A stretch of DNA of 64,000 bases from the IMG/VR virus record IMGVR_UViG_3300024999_000030, positions 124,001 through 188,000 of that record, one strand, 5' to 3'. The notes beneath the pieces were generated by a model. The model did not search any database. It had not been told where the DNA came from and saw nothing but the letters and a program-made list of their open reading frames with translations. Positions within the stretch are counted from its first letter, which is position 1, and each line of letters starts with the position of its first letter. Below are positions 9,769 through 19,574 of the stretch, piece by piece. Position numbers and translations under genes: made by a program.

Positions 9769-10384
9769 TAAATTAATTTTTATAGACACCGAAACTACAG
9801 GTCTTAGTCCAACAACACATGAAATTATTGAAATTGGTATAGTGCAGGTGGACCCAATTACGCTTAACGATTTTGATCAAGCGGAATACAAAGTCTTACC
9901 TCAGAGCATTGCCACGGCTGATGAGCGAGCCTTAGCCATGAATCATTATTCGTTTATGTCTTGGCGAGGAGCAAAACCCTTTCAAGATGAGGTTGGCCCA
10001 TATCTTTCTAAATTAAGCACTCCTAAATCTATTATATGTGGACATAATATAAAATTTGATATAGCTTTTTTAGAATCAATGTACAGTAAATATTCGCCAG
10101 AGTTATCTTTTTCATATGGTGGAACTCTTGATACTCAGTCTCTGGCCAAACACTTAGCCGTTGCTACTCCATCGTATAGATTAGGAGTTTTGTGTCAGAA
10201 ATTTGGTGTTGAAATTGAAACCAGTAAACAACACAGTGCATTATATGATATTTTAGCTAATGTGGCGCTTTTTAAATCTATGTTTCGTAATTATAGTATT
10301 CCATTGTCCGAGGCCATCGTGTTGGGGCCCTGCGGAAAGAAAAATCAAAAGAAAATCATTACAGCCACAAAAACAGTGAGCTAA
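9752..10384 (+). CDS. DEDDh 3'-5' exonuclease (DnaQ/epsilon-like)
   Basis: IFIDTETTGL, GHNIKFD, HSALYD. Confidence 0.9.
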   Translation: MIEKIDKLIFIDTETTGLSPTTHEIIEIGIVQVDPITLNDFDQAEYKVLPQSIATADERALAMNHYSFMSWRGAKPFQDEVGPYLSKLSTPKSIICGHNIKFDIAFLESMYSKYSPELSFSYGGTLDTQSLAKHLAVATPSYRLGVLCQKFGVEIETSKQHSALYDILANVALFKSMFRNYSIPLSEAIVLGPCGKKNQKKIITATKTVS

Positions 10385-10398
10385 GAAAGGAAGACATC

Positions 10399-13300
10399 GT
10401 GGGATATAATAGTAAGGATATTAAGGTCCTTAAGGGCCTGGATCCTGTTCGTCAACGCCCTGGTATGTATATTGGAAACACGGATGACGAGACAGGAACT
10501 CATCAAACTGCATTTGAAATTATAGACAACGCAATAGACGAGGCCATGAACGGCTATGCCGATTTGGTCGCTGTCACCGTTCATGCGGATGGAAGTCTTT
10601 CTGTGCGCGATAATGGTCGGGGCGTGCCTGTGCAGATGCATCCTACCGAGAAAAAATATGGTGTTGATCTTGTTTTTACAGTACTTCATGCTGGCGGAAA
10701 ATTTGACGAACAGGCATATAAAACATCTGGTGGTCTTCACGGCGTGGGAGCCTCAGTGGTCAACGCTCTTTCTGAATGGCTTAAAGTTGAAGTAAAAAGA
10801 GATGGCAGGAAATATTTTAGAGAATATGCTAATGGTAATCCTATTGGCGAACTTCAGGATCTCGGTCCAAGTAAGAAAACCGGCACTATCGTTACATTTA
10901 AACCGAGCGTTAAGGTGTTTAGAAAGCCGGAATTTAGCTTTGAAATATTAAAAAATAGATTAGAAGAATTAGGCTTTCTCAATGAAGGCGTTGCTATTAA
11001 ATTAACCGATGAGCGCACCAATGAGGAATTTGAAGTTGGTCATAATGACGGTTTGAAACGTTTTGTGGAGAGAATTGAACCGAAGGCTCAAATTCTCACT
11101 CCTCTTATCCAAGTGTCTAGCGCCAAAGGCGAAAAAGTACGAGTGCGTTGTGCATTGCAGTGGAAGTTAGATTTTGATGGAGATAGGCTTCTCGCTTTTA
11201 CTAATAATATTCGTAATGGTGACGGCGGTACTCATGTAGTTGGTTTTAAAAATGTTTTAACACGATGTCTCACTAAAGCCCTAACGGGCAAAAAGGGAGC
11301 TAGCCTCGTTACTGGGGATGATGTTCGTGAGGGCCTTGTTGCTATTATTGATGTTAAAATGAGTGACCCTAAGTTTTCGTCTCAGGTTAAGTCAAAACTC
11401 GTTTCCGAAGAAGCTCGTACGGCATTGGAGAATATGTCTGGGGCCTTTGAAGATTATTTTGAAAAAAATCCAGCTCATTTAAATCGCGTAATGCAAAATG
11501 CCGTGAGAGCTGCGGAATCTAGGGAGGCAGCTCGTAAAGCAAGAGATTTATCTCGAAAGAAAAACGCAATGGATATCGGAGTTCTTCCTGGTAAATTAGC
11601 GGATTGTCAAAGTAAAGATCCAGCCATTAATGAATTATTCTTAGTTGAAGGAGATTCAGCCGGTGGAACAAGTAGACAGGGTAGGGATAGAAAATTTCAA
11701 GCGATTCTTCCATTGCGTGGTAAGGTAATCAACGCAGAAAAAGCGACCCTACATAAACTATTGGCAAATGAAGAAATTAAATCACTCATTGCTGCAATTG
11801 GAACTGGTATTGGAGAAAATTTCGATATTGAGCGTTTAAGATATCATAAGATTTGTATTATGACTGACGCCGATAGTGTTACTGGAGACACCCCCTTAAT
11901 GGTTTTTAATAAGGAAACCAAAGAAATGAAACTATATCGCACAGACGATTTTATTGATAATGTTTGTACGGATATTTCTAAATATCAGATAGTGGCATGT
12001 GATTTGAAACACAAGTCTTTTGGTTTTAGAAACTTACAACAAGTGTATAAGCATCCAAGTAAAAAGCAATTATTTAGAATTACAGATGACAATGGACATC
12101 ATGTAGATGTAACATCAGATCATAGTGTTTTTGTGTATCGGAAAGAAACAAGGTCATTTGAAGCCGTATCTACAGTGCGTCTTTCTGTCGAGGACCAACT
12201 CGTTTCATCTAGAGCTATACCAGATATTACAACAACAGAAATGAAAATTAATCCATATTTGCTTGGTTTATTTATTGGTCATGGGCAAGTAGATAGTCAA
12301 GGTCATTTCAAATTACTGCGTAGTACGAGATTTAAACAACGGGCTGTGGATTTCAACAGCTTACCAGCAGTAAAAATTACCACTACAGATAGAGTAGCTC
12401 AAACAGAAACGTTGGAATTTACCAATAAACGTATTTCAACAATGATATCCAGTTTTAATATTACTAAATCTGAATTACCAAATTGTTTGTATACGGCACC
12501 AACGGCCCAAAAATTAGCTTTTCTGCGTGGTTTATTGGAGTCATGCGCAGCGGTGATGGTTCACCAGGGTATATCTATTTGTGCTGAAGATTCATTGGCT
12601 ACTGGGTTGATCTATCTACTGAGACAATTTGGAGTGTCTCCAGCTATTCTTAGAGGTGGGGCCAAGGCATTAATCAATATTAAAATTAAAGATATGGCAT
12701 TCATTGCTGGGGCCTGGGATCATCATAAAGCAGTTAAAGATTTTGGTGATCTTGTTGCTCCATCCAAAGAATATGAATTGGTAAAAATTAAATCAATTGT
12801 GGAGCTTCCTCAACAACCATATGTTTACGATTTGTCTGTGGATGTGGATCAGAATTTTGTGGCAGGAACGGGAGCAACTCTCTTACACAACACCGATGGG
12901 GCCCACATTAAAACGCTATTGTTGACTTTCTTTTATCGACATATGCCAGAGTTAGTGAAAAAGGGACATATTTATATCGCTCAGCCGCCACTATATCGTT
13001 GTGTTATTCGTGGTAAGGTGCATTACATTTTGAACGATGGGGAATTAAGATTGTTTAAGGTAAAAGAAAAATATGGATTACTTAGAACTTATAAAAAGGG
13101 TAAAAAATATGCTTTTCCACAAGAACAAATTTTTGATATGCCAAAGGGAACTCTTTTATATTCAGATAAACTACTATTTGATGTTCCCATAGAAGATATT
13201 ATGAAACTAGTTACAGAACCAAGAGAAGATCTTAAGCTTCAGCGGTTCAAAGGGTTGGGAGAGATGGCAGCAGAACAATTAGCTGAAACCACTCTAAACC

Positions 13301-13443
13301 CATCTAGCAGAAGAATGTTACAAATTAAAATAGAATCAACAGAAGCTGCAGATAACATGATTACAACTTTGATGGGTGATGACGCAGAGGCTCGTCGCAC
13401 CTTTATTATGGAAAATTGCCAATTCGCTACTCCAGACGTGTGA
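10399..13443 (+). CDS. gyrB: DNA gyrase subunit B interrupted by an intein
   Basis: RPGMYIG, EIIDNAIDE, GGLHGVG, VEGDSAGG, PLRGK, IMTDAD|intein|TDGAHI, QRFKGLGEM. Confidence 0.95.
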   Translation: MGYNSKDIKVLKGLDPVRQRPGMYIGNTDDETGTHQTAFEIIDNAIDEAMNGYADLVAVTVHADGSLSVRDNGRGVPVQMHPTEKKYGVDLVFTVLHAGGKFDEQAYKTSGGLHGVGASVVNALSEWLKVEVKRDGRKYFREYANGNPIGELQDLGPSKKTGTIVTFKPSVKVFRKPEFSFEILKNRLEELGFLNEGVAIKLTDERTNEEFEVGHNDGLKRFVERIEPKAQILTPLIQVSSAKGEKVRVRCALQWKLDFDGDRLLAFTNNIRNGDGGTHVVGFKNVLTRCLTKALTGKKGASLVTGDDVREGLVAIIDVKMSDPKFSSQVKSKLVSEEARTALENMSGAFEDYFEKNPAHLNRVMQNAVRAAESREAARKARDLSRKKNAMDIGVLPGKLADCQSKDPAINELFLVEGDSAGGTSRQGRDRKFQAILPLRGKVINAEKATLHKLLANEEIKSLIAAIGTGIGENFDIERLRYHKICIMTDADSVTGDTPLMVFNKETKEMKLYRTDDFIDNVCTDISKYQIVACDLKHKSFGFRNLQQVYKHPSKKQLFRITDDNGHHVDVTSDHSVFVYRKETRSFEAVSTVRLSVEDQLVSSRAIPDITTTEMKINPYLLGLFIGHGQVDSQGHFKLLRSTRFKQRAVDFNSLPAVKITTTDRVAQTETLEFTNKRISTMISSFNITKSELPNCLYTAPTAQKLAFLRGLLESCAAVMVHQGISICAEDSLATGLIYLLRQFGVSPAILRGGAKALINIKIKDMAFIAGAWDHHKAVKDFGDLVAPSKEYELVKIKSIVELPQQPYVYDLSVDVDQNFVAGTGATLLHNTDGAHIKTLLLTFFYRHMPELVKKGHIYIAQPPLYRCVIRGKVHYILNDGELRLFKVKEKYGLLRTYKKGKKYAFPQEQIFDMPKGTLLYSDKLLFDVPIEDIMKLVTEPREDLKLQRFKGLGEMAAEQLAETTLNPSSRRMLQIKIESTEAADNMITTLMGDDAEARRTFIMENCQFATPDV
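11875..12891 (+). mobile_element. 339-aa intein (Ser1...His-Asn, +1 Thr) with degenerate LAGLIDADG endonuclease
   Basis: Block A SVTGDTP; block B VTSDHSVF; block F VYDLSV; block G LLHN/T; HEN-like blocks YLLGLFIGHG and FLRGLLESCA. Confidence 0.92.
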
Positions 13444-13450
13444 GGATAAA

Positions 13451-14500
13451 ATGTCGACTATCAATAAAATTATAGGTAAAGGACTAACATTTGATGATGT
13501 CTTGTTAGTGCCCGGTTATTCTGAAATATCTTCCCGTAATGATATTACGGTTAAAGCTCAGCTCCATCCCAATCTCTGTTTAACTGTGCCGGTTATTTCA
13601 GCTAACATGGACACAGTAACGGGTGAGGAGATGTGCCGGATTATGCATAAACATGGGGGATTGGGAATTCTACATAGGTTTGCTCCAGAAGCAGAATTAA
13701 TTTCAATTGTGGAGACCCTACAAGAAGATAAGGTTAGATTTGGTGTTTCCGTAGGGGTAAACCTAGATGATGAAAAGCTTTTTAATTTATATTTATCTCG
13801 TGGTATAAATATTTTTTGTGTAGACGTAGCCCACGCTCATCATCAAAAGGTTAGATATCGTTTGAGACACATTAGAAATGCTAAAAAAGATGCTATTATT
13901 ATTGCTGGAAATGTAGCCACTCTCGATGGAGCTAATTTTCTTGCAGAAAATGGAGCCGATATCATTAAAGTCGGGATTGGCCCAGGTTCGCTGTGCTCAA
14001 CCCGCATTATGACGGGTTGCGGAGTTCCCCAGCTCACCGCTATTATTGATTGCGACGTTATTAAACAGAACCATCCTCATGTTAAAATTTTAGCTGATGG
14101 TGGAATTCGTTATCCAGGTGACATCACTAAGGCAATCGCGGCAGGGGCTGATGCGGTTATGATTGGTGGTATGTTAGCTGGCACAGAACAAACTCCAGGT
14201 TTAATCATTAAGAAGGGCACACCATCTAGGCCATTACTATATAAACGCTATCGCGGTTCTGCTTCCATGGAAGCTAAATCGTCTTCTGGTCGAGATATTA
14301 AATTTATAGAAGGGGTTTCAACAGATATTCCATATAGAGGGGACGCTTCCCTCGTTATTGATGAGATTATAGATGGATTAAAATCTGGGTGTTCTTATGT
14401 TGGAGCTAGTAGTTTATTGGAATTACAGGCTAAGGGCAGATTTGTAGAGGTTACACATGCAAGTTATGTTGAGGGAACTCCCCACGGTTCAGGCTATTAA
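13451..14500 (+). CDS. guaB: IMP dehydrogenase/GMP reductase family enzyme, no CBS domains
   Basis: [56 protein letters not shown] vs GMPR cannot be resolved by eye (flap YRGSAS). Confidence 0.8.
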   Translation: MSTINKIIGKGLTFDDVLLVPGYSEISSRNDITVKAQLHPNLCLTVPVISANMDTVTGEEMCRIMHKHGGLGILHRFAPEAELISIVETLQEDKVRFGVSVGVNLDDEKLFNLYLSRGINIFCVDVAHAHHQKVRYRLRHIRNAKKDAIIIAGNVATLDGANFLAENGADIIKVGIGPGSLCSTRIMTGCGVPQLTAIIDCDVIKQNHPHVKILADGGIRYPGDITKAIAAGADAVMIGGMLAGTEQTPGLIIKKGTPSRPLLYKRYRGSASMEAKSSSGRDIKFIEGVSTDIPYRGDASLVIDEIIDGLKSGCSYVGASSLLELQAKGRFVEVTHASYVEGTPHGSGY

Positions 14501-14541
14501 TAATAGAATATTGTTTTACGGATGAAAGCTGGAGGGATACC

Positions 14542-15258
14542 ATGTCAGACAATGAAGTAGCAGGTATTGTGACTCAATTAGAAAGTCTACATACTAAACA
14601 TAAGGTAAGTAGCTACATCGGGCTTGGATTAGTGTTGTTAATATTGTTTTTTGCTGGTGTTGGAGCTTATATGCTTATGGGTCAACTTAAGGATCAAGCT
14701 GCAACAAATCAACAACTCGCCGCAACGCAGCAGCAAATTACTGATAAATTACAAACAATAGATACAAATAATCAAATTATTTTTGACCTTAAAAAGGAAA
14801 TTCAAGATATTAAAACTCAACAACAAATTACCACTGCTAAATATGATGTTTTATTAACACAAGCTGGTAGACAACTTCCCCAGCCACAACAAGATGCCTT
14901 TTTCACCTCTCGTGGTTTTATTCCCTCTTATTATCAAACAGATGGTGGTAGATTGTTTGGATCACAGGCTACAGTTAAGCTTCAAACGGCAATTGTGGAA
15001 GGTGAGAAGTGTGAAGAGTTGTCTGCTCAAAAGGATATCGAAATTGTTAAAAAAGATAATCTTATCGATACATATCAGAAACAAGTAATTGAATATCAGG
15101 GTGTTGATGGATTAAGGCAAGAAGAATTTAAAATTGTTGATAATGAACTTAAAAAAACACAAAAAGAATTGCGACGTGAAAAAATTAAAAAGTGGTTATG
15201 GACGTGCGCTAGTATTTCCGCTGCGGGATATGTCGGGTATCAAGTCGGCCATAACTAA
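14542..15258 (+). CDS. Membrane-anchored coiled-coil protein (spanin-like architecture possible)
   Basis: N-terminal TM helix, Q/K/E heptads, hydrophobic C-terminus. Confidence 0.5.
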   Translation: MSDNEVAGIVTQLESLHTKHKVSSYIGLGLVLLILFFAGVGAYMLMGQLKDQAATNQQLAATQQQITDKLQTIDTNNQIIFDLKKEIQDIKTQQQITTAKYDVLLTQAGRQLPQPQQDAFFTSRGFIPSYYQTDGGRLFGSQATVKLQTAIVEGEKCEELSAQKDIEIVKKDNLIDTYQKQVIEYQGVDGLRQEEFKIVDNELKKTQKELRREKIKKWLWTCASISAAGYVGYQVGHN

Positions 15259-15271
15259 TGGGAGTTAACAA

Positions 15272-16169
15272 ATGGAAGGTTTAATTTTAAACATGTTAAG
15301 GGTTTCTGAATTCTTACATACCAATGAGAGGTTGGTGCTTGCTGGGACCATAGACAATGTTTTGGCCACCATTTTAAAATTTGCAGACATAGCTTTTGCC
15401 GAAAAAACCTTTTTTAAGAAATTAAAGGATATTATTTCCCACTATGGTCTTTCTTTCGATCAGGTTTTTTCCCAATTGGAAGCGTGGAAGACACAATTGG
15501 TACATATTGAATATGATTGGCGCATTGGTCTCCCTGAAGAAGAAATTGCTCGGGAAAAACCAGACTTTATGAAACGAGTTATTTTAGCAACAGATGAAAT
15601 TTATAATATTGCTAAGCCTTTTCATGGTGCAGTAGGAATGGAAAGTAAAAAATGGGGAGATATTATGCAATCCCCCGTTGAGACTTGGATGAAAAAATAT
15701 AAAGACTCTTTACAGAACAATGTCTAAAAAATATTTAGTTGCTAAAAACAGATTTACTCCTGGAACTCCTGGGTTAACCATTCAGGGTTTTCCAGGCTGC
15801 GATGTCCTAGCTGATTTTAAAAACTCAACCGGCGACAGTGTTTTAAAGGTAATGTCTAATGGGGAATTAGTATGGAAGGGAACTTCACAAATTTCAACTG
15901 ATTATTTTAAACATTTAAATATTTTTACACAAACATGCCTAGATACAATTCAAATTTTCATTGACAACCCCAATAATATTAATCATTGTAGGGTCGCTGA
16001 TATGGGGACTAATGGTGGTCATTGTGGTATGGAATTTCGCACTATGTGTTCATTTTTTGAACGACTACACGGCAAAGAAATGAAAATTATTGGAGAATTA
16101 TCTCAAGATCTTTTAACTTGTATTGAATTTGTAGCAGCATTTCAAACCGCCCAAGAAACCCCCCAATAG
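15272..16169 (+). CDS. Two hypothetical proteins (15272-15727, 15720-16169)
   Basis: ORF track; overlapping start/stop. Confidence 0.6.
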
Positions 16170-16178
16170 GACAATATA

Positions 16179-16421
16179 ATGATTGGAGAATTCATTGCTT
16201 TTGGCGTTGGGGGGCTTACTTTATTAGGTGCTTTTTTAAATGTTAAAAAGGTTCGTTTTTCATTTATAATATTCTCAATATGTAATATTTACTGGGCTGG
16301 TTATGATTTTTATTTGGGGGCAACGGCTCAAGGTTTTCTTATGTTAGCATTTTTAATAACGTCCATATATGGTTATTTTTCTTGGACAAAAGAACCAGAT
16401 GACAAAGACAATTTGATTTAA
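16179..16421 (+). CDS. Small 3-TM protein, PnuC-like
   Basis: LLGAFLNVKK..F..F...NIYW..........YGYFSW pattern. Confidence 0.5.
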   Translation: MIGEFIAFGVGGLTLLGAFLNVKKVRFSFIIFSICNIYWAGYDFYLGATAQGFLMLAFLITSIYGYFSWTKEPDDKDNLI

Positions 16422-16427
16422 ATATTA

Positions 16428-16450
16428 ACCGGGGTTGAGTCCCGGTTTTT
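16428..16450 (+). terminator. Intrinsic terminator
   Basis: accggg-gttgagt-cccggt followed by T tract. Confidence 0.65.
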
Positions 16451-16500
16451 TCATATATTAATAAGTTCCGTTGGAAGTAAACGTTTCTAGGAGATAAATC

Positions 16501-17358
16501 ATGTCTGATTATAAAGCTATCATTGTTAAATTAATTGATAAGGGCGCCCCTGCCGGCACACTTCTAGCCGCTTTGGAAACCAATAATCTTTTGGAAGTTG
16601 TTAATATCGCTATGGTGCACGACGTCACCGAAGAGGTTTTAGCGCTTAAAGAGGCTAAAGAAAGGGGACCACTCAATGAACCTAAATTACATAAAGAGGT
16701 TCCACTGCGTCCCATGGACCCCGAGGAATTAGCACGTAAGCAGCAACATAAAAAACATGTTTTTAATTTGGGACTCAAAAGGCTAACAACACCTAAAGAT
16801 ATAACAGAAGAAGAGGTAGAAAAAGAGAAATGTGATGATTTGCCCGTTAAAGCTAGTTCATATGAAATTTCAGATTTAATAATTACTGCCGATGTTCCTC
16901 CATTTTTACGTAATCTTTCTCCTGATGAACGTATCAAACGACTTAAAGAATTACAACGAGGATTGTCTCCCGAAGAGCTTCGAAAAAAAGAAGAAGAGGA
17001 AGCAGCTCACGCTCAAAAAGTGAAAGAAGAAGTTGAAAAAGAAAATACACCAAAAATAGAAGAGGAACCTAGACAACAGAGGCTTCCCATGGAGGCCTCT
17101 GAGCGTGTTCATTTAGTATTAGCAAAAGCTAAATCTAACCTTAAAGGACTAACTAAACACTGGAAAGAACACTTTAAAGGGCGCCCGAAAGGTAGTTTTA
17201 CCAAAGCAGTTAAAAAGCTTAAGGCACACGGTGTTGATAAACCTGAAGCTCTAGCCGCATATTGGGAACATAAGTCTACTGGTAAATGGCCAGCCGAAAA
17301 GGGTAAGAAAAAGAAAGCCACTATTACCTATCGCAAGAAAGAAGCTGGAATTAAATAA
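16501..17358 (+). CDS. Charged hypothetical protein (possibly virion-associated)
   Basis: RBS aggag; E/K-rich. Confidence 0.55.
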   Translation: MSDYKAIIVKLIDKGAPAGTLLAALETNNLLEVVNIAMVHDVTEEVLALKEAKERGPLNEPKLHKEVPLRPMDPEELARKQQHKKHVFNLGLKRLTTPKDITEEEVEKEKCDDLPVKASSYEISDLIITADVPPFLRNLSPDERIKRLKELQRGLSPEELRKKEEEEAAHAQKVKEEVEKENTPKIEEEPRQQRLPMEASERVHLVLAKAKSNLKGLTKHWKEHFKGRPKGSFTKAVKKLKAHGVDKPEALAAYWEHKSTGKWPAEKGKKKKATITYRKKEAGIK

Positions 17359-17359
17359 A

Positions 17360-17842
17360 ATGTGTCAAGCAAGTGTTGATATAGCATTAACGGTAATGGA
17401 GCGTTTGGAAAAATCCGCTTCAAAGTTATATAAGTTATTGTATTATACTTTTGATACTAAAGATGATGAAGCGGCTTTTTTATTTTATCGTATGCATTTA
17501 GAAGAAAAAACACACTGGCTTCTTGTCCAATATCTAAGGCGTATGGCTGATTCAATAGAAACTGAAATTGCCCCACAAGATACGAAAATATGTGTACAAA
17601 CACTTAAGCGTTATGCTGATAAAATAGACACCATTATTAGTGAAATTAAAAATCCATCAGTTGGAAATGCACTTACTTTAGCCCTACAGCTAGAAGAGGG
17701 TTATGCAATTTTATATAAAGAGACGATACAGGAATACTTTAAGCACCCGATAATGACCGATTTAGTTAATTCTCTTATCGAAGGCGACCACATTGAACAT
17801 CTTAAAAATTTTATTGATAATAGAAGTAATAGGTGGCGTTAA
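17360..17842 (+). CDS. Ferritin-like/rubrerythrin-like di-iron protein
   Basis: E...LY, EEKTH, ALQLEE..A.LY, EGDHIEH helical metal-ligand pattern. Confidence 0.65.
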   Translation: MCQASVDIALTVMERLEKSASKLYKLLYYTFDTKDDEAAFLFYRMHLEEKTHWLLVQYLRRMADSIETEIAPQDTKICVQTLKRYADKIDTIISEIKNPSVGNALTLALQLEEGYAILYKETIQEYFKHPIMTDLVNSLIEGDHIEHLKNFIDNRSNRWR

Positions 17843-17919
17843 TAATTTATTTAAAAATAAATTCCTACTGCGCTTGGACGAAAGAAAGTTCGGTAAGATA
17901 TTAGATGTAGGGGGAGTAT

Positions 17920-18255
17920 ATGGATATGATGGCGAAAATTACTTCCAGCTCTAAAGCCGTAATGGTGGCCACAAAAAACACAGCCAAAAGTACTTTTGTT
18001 CCCAAAAGGGGAGATAGAAAAACTCGTATGACCGTTCTCACTATGTTATTATTTCTAGCAATTAATGTATGGGCCATGACGAAGTATCAGGTTGATGTTG
18101 TGGAGGTTTTAAAGTTGAATGCAGATTTTATGTGGAAAGTGTTAACGGTTTTTGTTGCTGGTAACGGTGTATCGGCAATCGCCGATGGATTTGGTGGTAA
18201 ATCTAATAAGCCCCCAAGCCCAGCTTTTGATGCGGATGATCTTAAGGGAGATTAA
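17920..18255 (+). CDS. 2-TM membrane protein (holin-like candidate)
   Basis: Basic N-terminus, two hydrophobic helices. Confidence 0.4.
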   Translation: MDMMAKITSSSKAVMVATKNTAKSTFVPKRGDRKTRMTVLTMLLFLAINVWAMTKYQVDVVEVLKLNADFMWKVLTVFVAGNGVSAIADGFGGKSNKPPSPAFDADDLKGD

Positions 18256-18258
18256 CCA

Positions 18259-18723
18259 ATGGGACGTTTAGGACTTAAGGGCGGCGTTGGAGATAAACTT
18301 CAACCCGAAGATGTAGATAAAAAACAATTAGAAATGGGAATCAAGGTAGAGCAAGAGCACGTAAAACATAGTAAGTCTCTATCTAAGAAGGAAAAAGACG
18401 ACCTCGCTCGTGATATAGCTATGGATCACCTTGCTGAAATTTCCGACTATTATACAAGATTAAAAAAAATGGAAGAAGAGGCAAAAAAAGATAAAAATGT
18501 AGATGTAAAAGAAGATGAGGAACTGGAGAAAGAAGCTATTTTTGCTCCATGGCACACAACTGAACATCCATCTCAAATTCCCAAGGATGCACCAGTGTCA
18601 CCCATGCCTCAAATGCATCACAGGTATCCCGCCGATCAAGCAACTTGGCCCAAAGCTAAAGAAGAAATGATTAAAAGAGAAAAGCTTAAGGTAAAAGCCA
18701 GGAGAAAGAAGGAGTCGACGTGA
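18259..18723 (+). CDS. DUF5661-family protein
   Basis: GIKVEQEH...ARDIAMDHLAEISDYYTRLKKME. Confidence 0.8.
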   Translation: MGRLGLKGGVGDKLQPEDVDKKQLEMGIKVEQEHVKHSKSLSKKEKDDLARDIAMDHLAEISDYYTRLKKMEEEAKKDKNVDVKEDEELEKEAIFAPWHTTEHPSQIPKDAPVSPMPQMHHRYPADQATWPKAKEEMIKREKLKVKARRKKEST

Positions 18724-18984
18724 CAAAAGATGAAGTTTTAGCCTTTTTACCAGAAATGAGTATAGAAGAGTTATCTACCATTAAACATGAAATAAATAAG
18801 CTCATGTATGAACATAATAAAACTGGCTTAGATGAGATTCTAGCTAATCCGCCAAAAGCCTTAAAGAATCTAGAAACATTACAACTCCCCAGAGAAATTA
18901 AAGACGCCATGGAAATGAATAAAGAAGCAATTATGGCAGCCTATGGTGTGATGAGAAGTTTAGGATTAATTACGGAGATTGAAA

Positions 18985-19536
18985 ATGACCCCTCCCACAA
19001 GCCGAAAGACTGAAGAAACTAAACATACATTCAAAACTTTAGCTAAAAAAATGGGCTTGGACGAAGTATCTATTCCGTTTCAATGGATGTGGAAAATTGT
19101 AGCTGTGGTGTTTGCGGGTGGGATGGCTTGGGCTACTCTCTATGGTAGTGTATCTGGTTTAAAGCAAAAAAATTCCAATTTGGAATCTATTCAACAATCT
19201 CAAGCAATCCAAGTATATGCCATGCACGATGATTTGGTCACTATGAAAGGGCAGATGGACTTGTTGCAATTTAAAATGGATGAAATGTTAAAGCGCACCA
19301 ATCGGTCTGCAAGATTTACCTCCGCTGCAGAGTTAATGAGCTTACCCTCCCCAGAGGAAGCCCCTATAAAACACAAAACAACACAGTATGAAGTTGAAGA
19401 CGGGGAATCTCTTTGGGACGTGGCTAAGAAATTAAATGTATCTCCCGATAGTCTTATTAAAAGCAATCCAGATTTATTACAACCTGGAGCTAAATTTGGC
19501 AAAGGGTTGATTTTAAAATATGAGAAACAAACTTGA
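18985..19536 (+). CDS. TM + coiled coil + C-terminal LysM protein
   Basis: YEVEDGESLWDVAKKLNVSPDSLIKSNP LysM signature. Confidence 0.8.
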   Translation: MTPPTSRKTEETKHTFKTLAKKMGLDEVSIPFQWMWKIVAVVFAGGMAWATLYGSVSGLKQKNSNLESIQQSQAIQVYAMHDDLVTMKGQMDLLQFKMDEMLKRTNRSARFTSAAELMSLPSPEEAPIKHKTTQYEVEDGESLWDVAKKLNVSPDSLIKSNPDLLQPGAKFGKGLILKYEKQT

Positions 19537-19561
19537 CAATAACTGATTTAAAAGTTATATT
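19533..19561 (+). promoter_or_regulatory. Promoter TTGACA-N17-TATATT
   Basis: Exact spacing. Confidence 0.75.
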
Positions 19562-19574
19562 TATTTGAGGAAAG

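Noticed and set aside
6000-9800. GroES co-chaperonin near groEL
   Set aside because: No ~10-kDa ORF with PLxDRV or mobile-loop motifs seen
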